DNA of 18,856 nucleotides from an uncultured Gemmatimonadales bacterium (GTDB lineage Bacteria; Gemmatimonadota; Gemmatimonadetes; Gemmatimonadales; Gemmatimonadaceae), in NCBI GenBank assembly GCA_963793305.1, contig CAWBZV010000008.1, positions 1-18,856 on the forward strand. The letters are read 5' to 3'. The notes under the pieces were generated by a model. The model worked only from the letters and a program-made list of their open reading frames with translations, searched no databases and was not told the origin of the DNA. Shown piece after piece: positions 16,274 to 18,856 of this stretch (position 1 is its first letter; each line of letters begins with the position of its first letter). Position numbers and translations under genes: made by a program.

Positions 16274-17227
16274 AGCGCCCGATCGCCTACCTGGCCGGCA
16301 CCGGCCGCGGTCTCCCGTCACACGTGATGACGAACCACGACTTCGCCTCGATCGGCATCGAGAACGTCGCACGACTGGATCGTCGAGCGCTCGGGGATTC
16401 ACCAGCGCTACATTGCGAAGAACGGCGAGTCGACGTGCTCCATGGGCGTCGATGCCGGGCGCAAAGCCATGCAACGCGCCGGCGTCACCCCCGGCGAGCT
16501 CGACGCGATAATTCTGAGCACGGCCGCTCCGGACCGCCCGCTGCCCGCGACCGCCGTCTCGGTCCAAGCCGCACTCGGCGCCTCCCGCGCGGCCGCATTC
16601 GACATCGCGGCCGCATGCTCCGGTTGGCTCTATGGCCTCTCGATCGCCGAGGGCATGATCGCGACCGGCTCGGCCGAGACGATCCTCGTCATCGGGTCCG
16701 AGAAGATGAGCGCGATCCTCGACTGGACGGACCGCACGACCTGCGTGCTGTTCGGCGACGGCGCCGGCGCCGCGGTCGTCAAGCGCTCGAAAGCGCACAA
16801 AGGGATCCTGTCCTCGTTCACGCGCAGCGATGGCGCGCTGGCCGAGCTGCTGTATCGCCCGCCGCCCGACAACGGGTGCTCGTTCGTGAAGATGCAGGGG
16901 CGCGAGATCTTCAAGTACGCCGTTCGCTCGATGGCCGAGGCGGTGGACCGCGCGCTCGACGGCGCGCGGCTCACCGGGAACGACATCGATCTCCTCATTC
17001 CGCATCAGGCCAACGTGCGGATCATCGAGGCGACCGCGAAGCACGCCAACATGCCCCTGGACAAGGTCTTCATCAACGTCGACCGCTACGGGAACACGTC
17101 GTCCGCGTCGGTGCCGATCGCGCTGGACGAGGCGATCGAGTGCGGCCGGGTAAAAGAGGGCACGACCGCTTTGCTGGTGGCCTTCGGTGCCGGACTCACG
17201 TGGGCATCGATGGTGGTACGGTTTTGA
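16270..17227 (+). CDS. fabH: 3-oxoacyl-ACP synthase III (one +1 frameshift at ~16363)
   Basis: N-terminal GTGRGLPSHVMTNHDF joins ETSHDWIVERSGIHQRYIA after removing one A. Catalytic triad AACSG, PHQAN, YGNTSSAS; also LFGDGAGA and AFGAGLTW. Confidence 0.95.
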
Positions 17228-18143
17228 GCGCCGCGAAGATCGTCGCGCTGTTCCCAGGGCAGGGGTCCCAGAAGCCCGGCATGGCCCGCGACCTCGCCGC
17301 GGCTTTTCCCGCCGCGCAGGCAGCGCTGACCACGGTTGATGCCGCGCTCGGCTTCAAGCTCTCCCATCTCATGTTCGATGGTCCAGCCGACGAGCTGACC
17401 ATGACGGACAACGCGCAGCCAGCCTTGCTGGCCCACAGCGCCGCGGTCTGGGCGGTTCTCGCACCGCACGCCGTGGCGGCCGCCGGTCACTCGCTAGGCG
17501 AGTTCACGGCCTACCATGCGGCAGGCGCATTGTCCCTCGGACACGCCGCGCGTCTGGTGCGTCGTCGTGGCGAGCTCATGCGGCAGGCGTCATCGGGCAC
17601 GATGGCGGCAATCCTCGGCACCACGTCTTCGCCGATCGAGGACATTTGCGCCGAGGCCGGCGGCACGGTCGTCGCCGCGAATTACAACGCGCCTGACCAG
17701 ATCGTGATCTCCGGCGAAGTCGACGCCGTCGAACGCGCGATGGCGATCGCCAAAGAGCGCGGCGCCAAGAGAGCGATTCGCCTGCCGGTGAGCGGCGCGT
17801 TCCACTCGCCGCTCATGGCATTCGTCTGCGCCCGGTCTCAAAGCCGCGCTCGACCAGGCCGGGTTCGTGGAAGCCCAGCTGCCAATCTACTCGAACGTCG
17901 ACGCGCAACCATTGACGTCGCCTGATGTTGCACGACTCAAACTATTACACCAGCTCACGTCGCCAGTGCGTTGGGTCGACACGATTCGCAACCTCGCAGG
18001 GCAGCATCCCGATGCGCTCTTCCTGGAGATCGGTACGGGCAGCGTGCTCACGGGTCTCGTGAAGCGCATCGCGCCGCAGGTCAAAACTGCCTGGTGCGGC
18101 ACACCCGCTGACATTCGAGGCGGTGCTCGCGGTGCTCGTATGA
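17224..18143 (+). CDS. fabD: Malonyl-CoA-ACP transacylase (+1 frameshifts at ~17821 and ~18114)
   Basis: LFPGQGSQ, NAQPALL, AGHSLGEF, RRRGELM, ANYNAPDQIVISG, LPVSGAFHSPLM; the next frame gives IYSNVDA, QLTSPVRW, FLEIGTGSVLTGLVKRI. The corrected end DIEAVLAVLV* gives an ATGA overlap with fabG. Confidence 0.93.
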
Positions 18144-18856
18144 AAATCGATCTCACGGGTAAGGCCGCGGTCGTGACCGGTGCGACGCGCGGGATCGGTC
18201 GCGCGATCGCCGCTTCGCTCGCGGCTGCTGGGGCGCGTGTGGCGGTGGTTGGCCGCAACGCCGAGACCGCGCAGTCGGCGGCCGCCGAGCTCGGGCACGG
18301 CGCTCAAGGTTTCGCGGCGGATGTCGCCAACCCCGAGTCGGCTATCGCGATGATCGCCGCGGTCGAGAGCGCGTTCGGCGCGATTGATATCCTCGTGAAC
18401 AACGCCGGTATCACACGCGACAATATCATGCCGCGCCTCAAGGACGCCGACTGGGATGAGGTGATCAACGCGAACCTGCGCGGAGCGTTTCTCACCACCC
18501 GCGCGGCGGTTCGCGGGATGATGAAGCGCCGTTGGGGCCGTGTGATCAATATCTCCAGCGTCGTCGGCCTGGTCGGCAACAAAGGCCAATCGAATTACGC
18601 TGCCAGTAAGGCCGGACTGATCGGCCTCACGAAATCAGTGGCAAAAGAGTTCGCCGCGCGGAACGTGCTGGCGAACGTCGTCGCGCCAGGATTCATCGAG
18701 ACGGACATGATCCAGGCGATGACCCCGGATGCGCGAGCGACGCTCATGCGCCAAATTCCATTGGAGCGCTTGGGCACGCCGGATGACATTGCATCACTGG
18801 TCACCTTCCTCGCGTCCGACCACGCGTCCTATATCACCGGACAGGTGTTTGTCGTG
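18140..18856 (+). CDS. fabG: 3-oxoacyl-ACP reductase, runs off the window end
   Basis: Manual translation: MKIDLTGKAAVVTGATRGIG...ILVNNAGITRDN...WGRVINISSVVGLVGNKGQSNYAASKAG...NVVAPGFIETDM...ASYITGQVFV. Confidence 0.96.
   Translation, partial: MKIDLTGKAAVVTGATRGIGRAIAASLAAAGARVAVVGRNAETAQSAAAELGHGAQGFAADVANPESAIAMIAAVESAFGAIDILVNNAGITRDNIMPRLKDADWDEVINANLRGAFLTTRAAVRGMMKRRWGRVINISSVVGLVGNKGQSNYAASKAGLIGLTKSVAKEFAARNVLANVVAPGFIETDMIQAMTPDARATLMRQIPLERLGTPDDIASLVTFLASDHASYITGQVFVV

Noticed and set aside
15092..17044. 650-aa minus-strand ORF (and similar ones at 10269-11333, 9445-10281, 7174-8304, 17945-18589)
   Set aside because: These are antisense shadows of high-GC housekeeping genes, with no recognisable motifs and low-complexity Arg/Ala/Gly-rich composition.
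16270..17925. 551-aa ORF resembling a FabH-FabD fusion
   Set aside because: It is the FabH N-terminus, out-of-frame fabH sequence after the ~16363 insertion, then FabD; a frameshift artefact.
17822..18856. Apparent in-frame FabD C-terminus/FabG fusion
   Set aside because: Removing one T at ~18114 gives DIEAVLAVLV* with a normal ATGA overlap, so these are two separate genes.

Overview
The window appears to be two unrelated bacterial segments joined at about 7200, and many genes carry single-base frameshifts typical of noisy long-read sequence. The left segment (1-~7200, lower GC, Acidobacteria-like by inference) holds the 3' end of an IS1380-family element inserted at a CTAG in a cNMP-domain histidine kinase gene. 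It also holds a receiver/glutaredoxin-like/thioredoxin-reductase-like fusion lacking CxxC, a DUF485 (yjcH-like)-actP solute symporter pair, a complete IS1202/ISNCY-type element, a DUF3788-like gene and a truncated carbohydrate-binding-module gene. The right segment (~7200-18856, high GC, Gemmatimonadota-like by inference) holds a 5'-truncated UPF0182-like membrane protein, then sucC-sucD-(PTS EIIA+CBS fusion)-ndk. After ndk comes a 1.8 kb accessory islet (HEPN toxin + wHTH-MNT antitoxin, a frameshifted orphan HI1420-like antitoxin, a small membrane protein), then yceD-rpmF-plsX-fabH-fabD-fabG. The best candidates for under-described biology are the EIIA-CBS protein translationally coupled between sucCD and ndk, the CxxC-less REC-TrxB/cNMP-kinase module, and the wHTH-MNT/HEPN pair with a putative operator. 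All family assignments come from motif recognition, not database searches.
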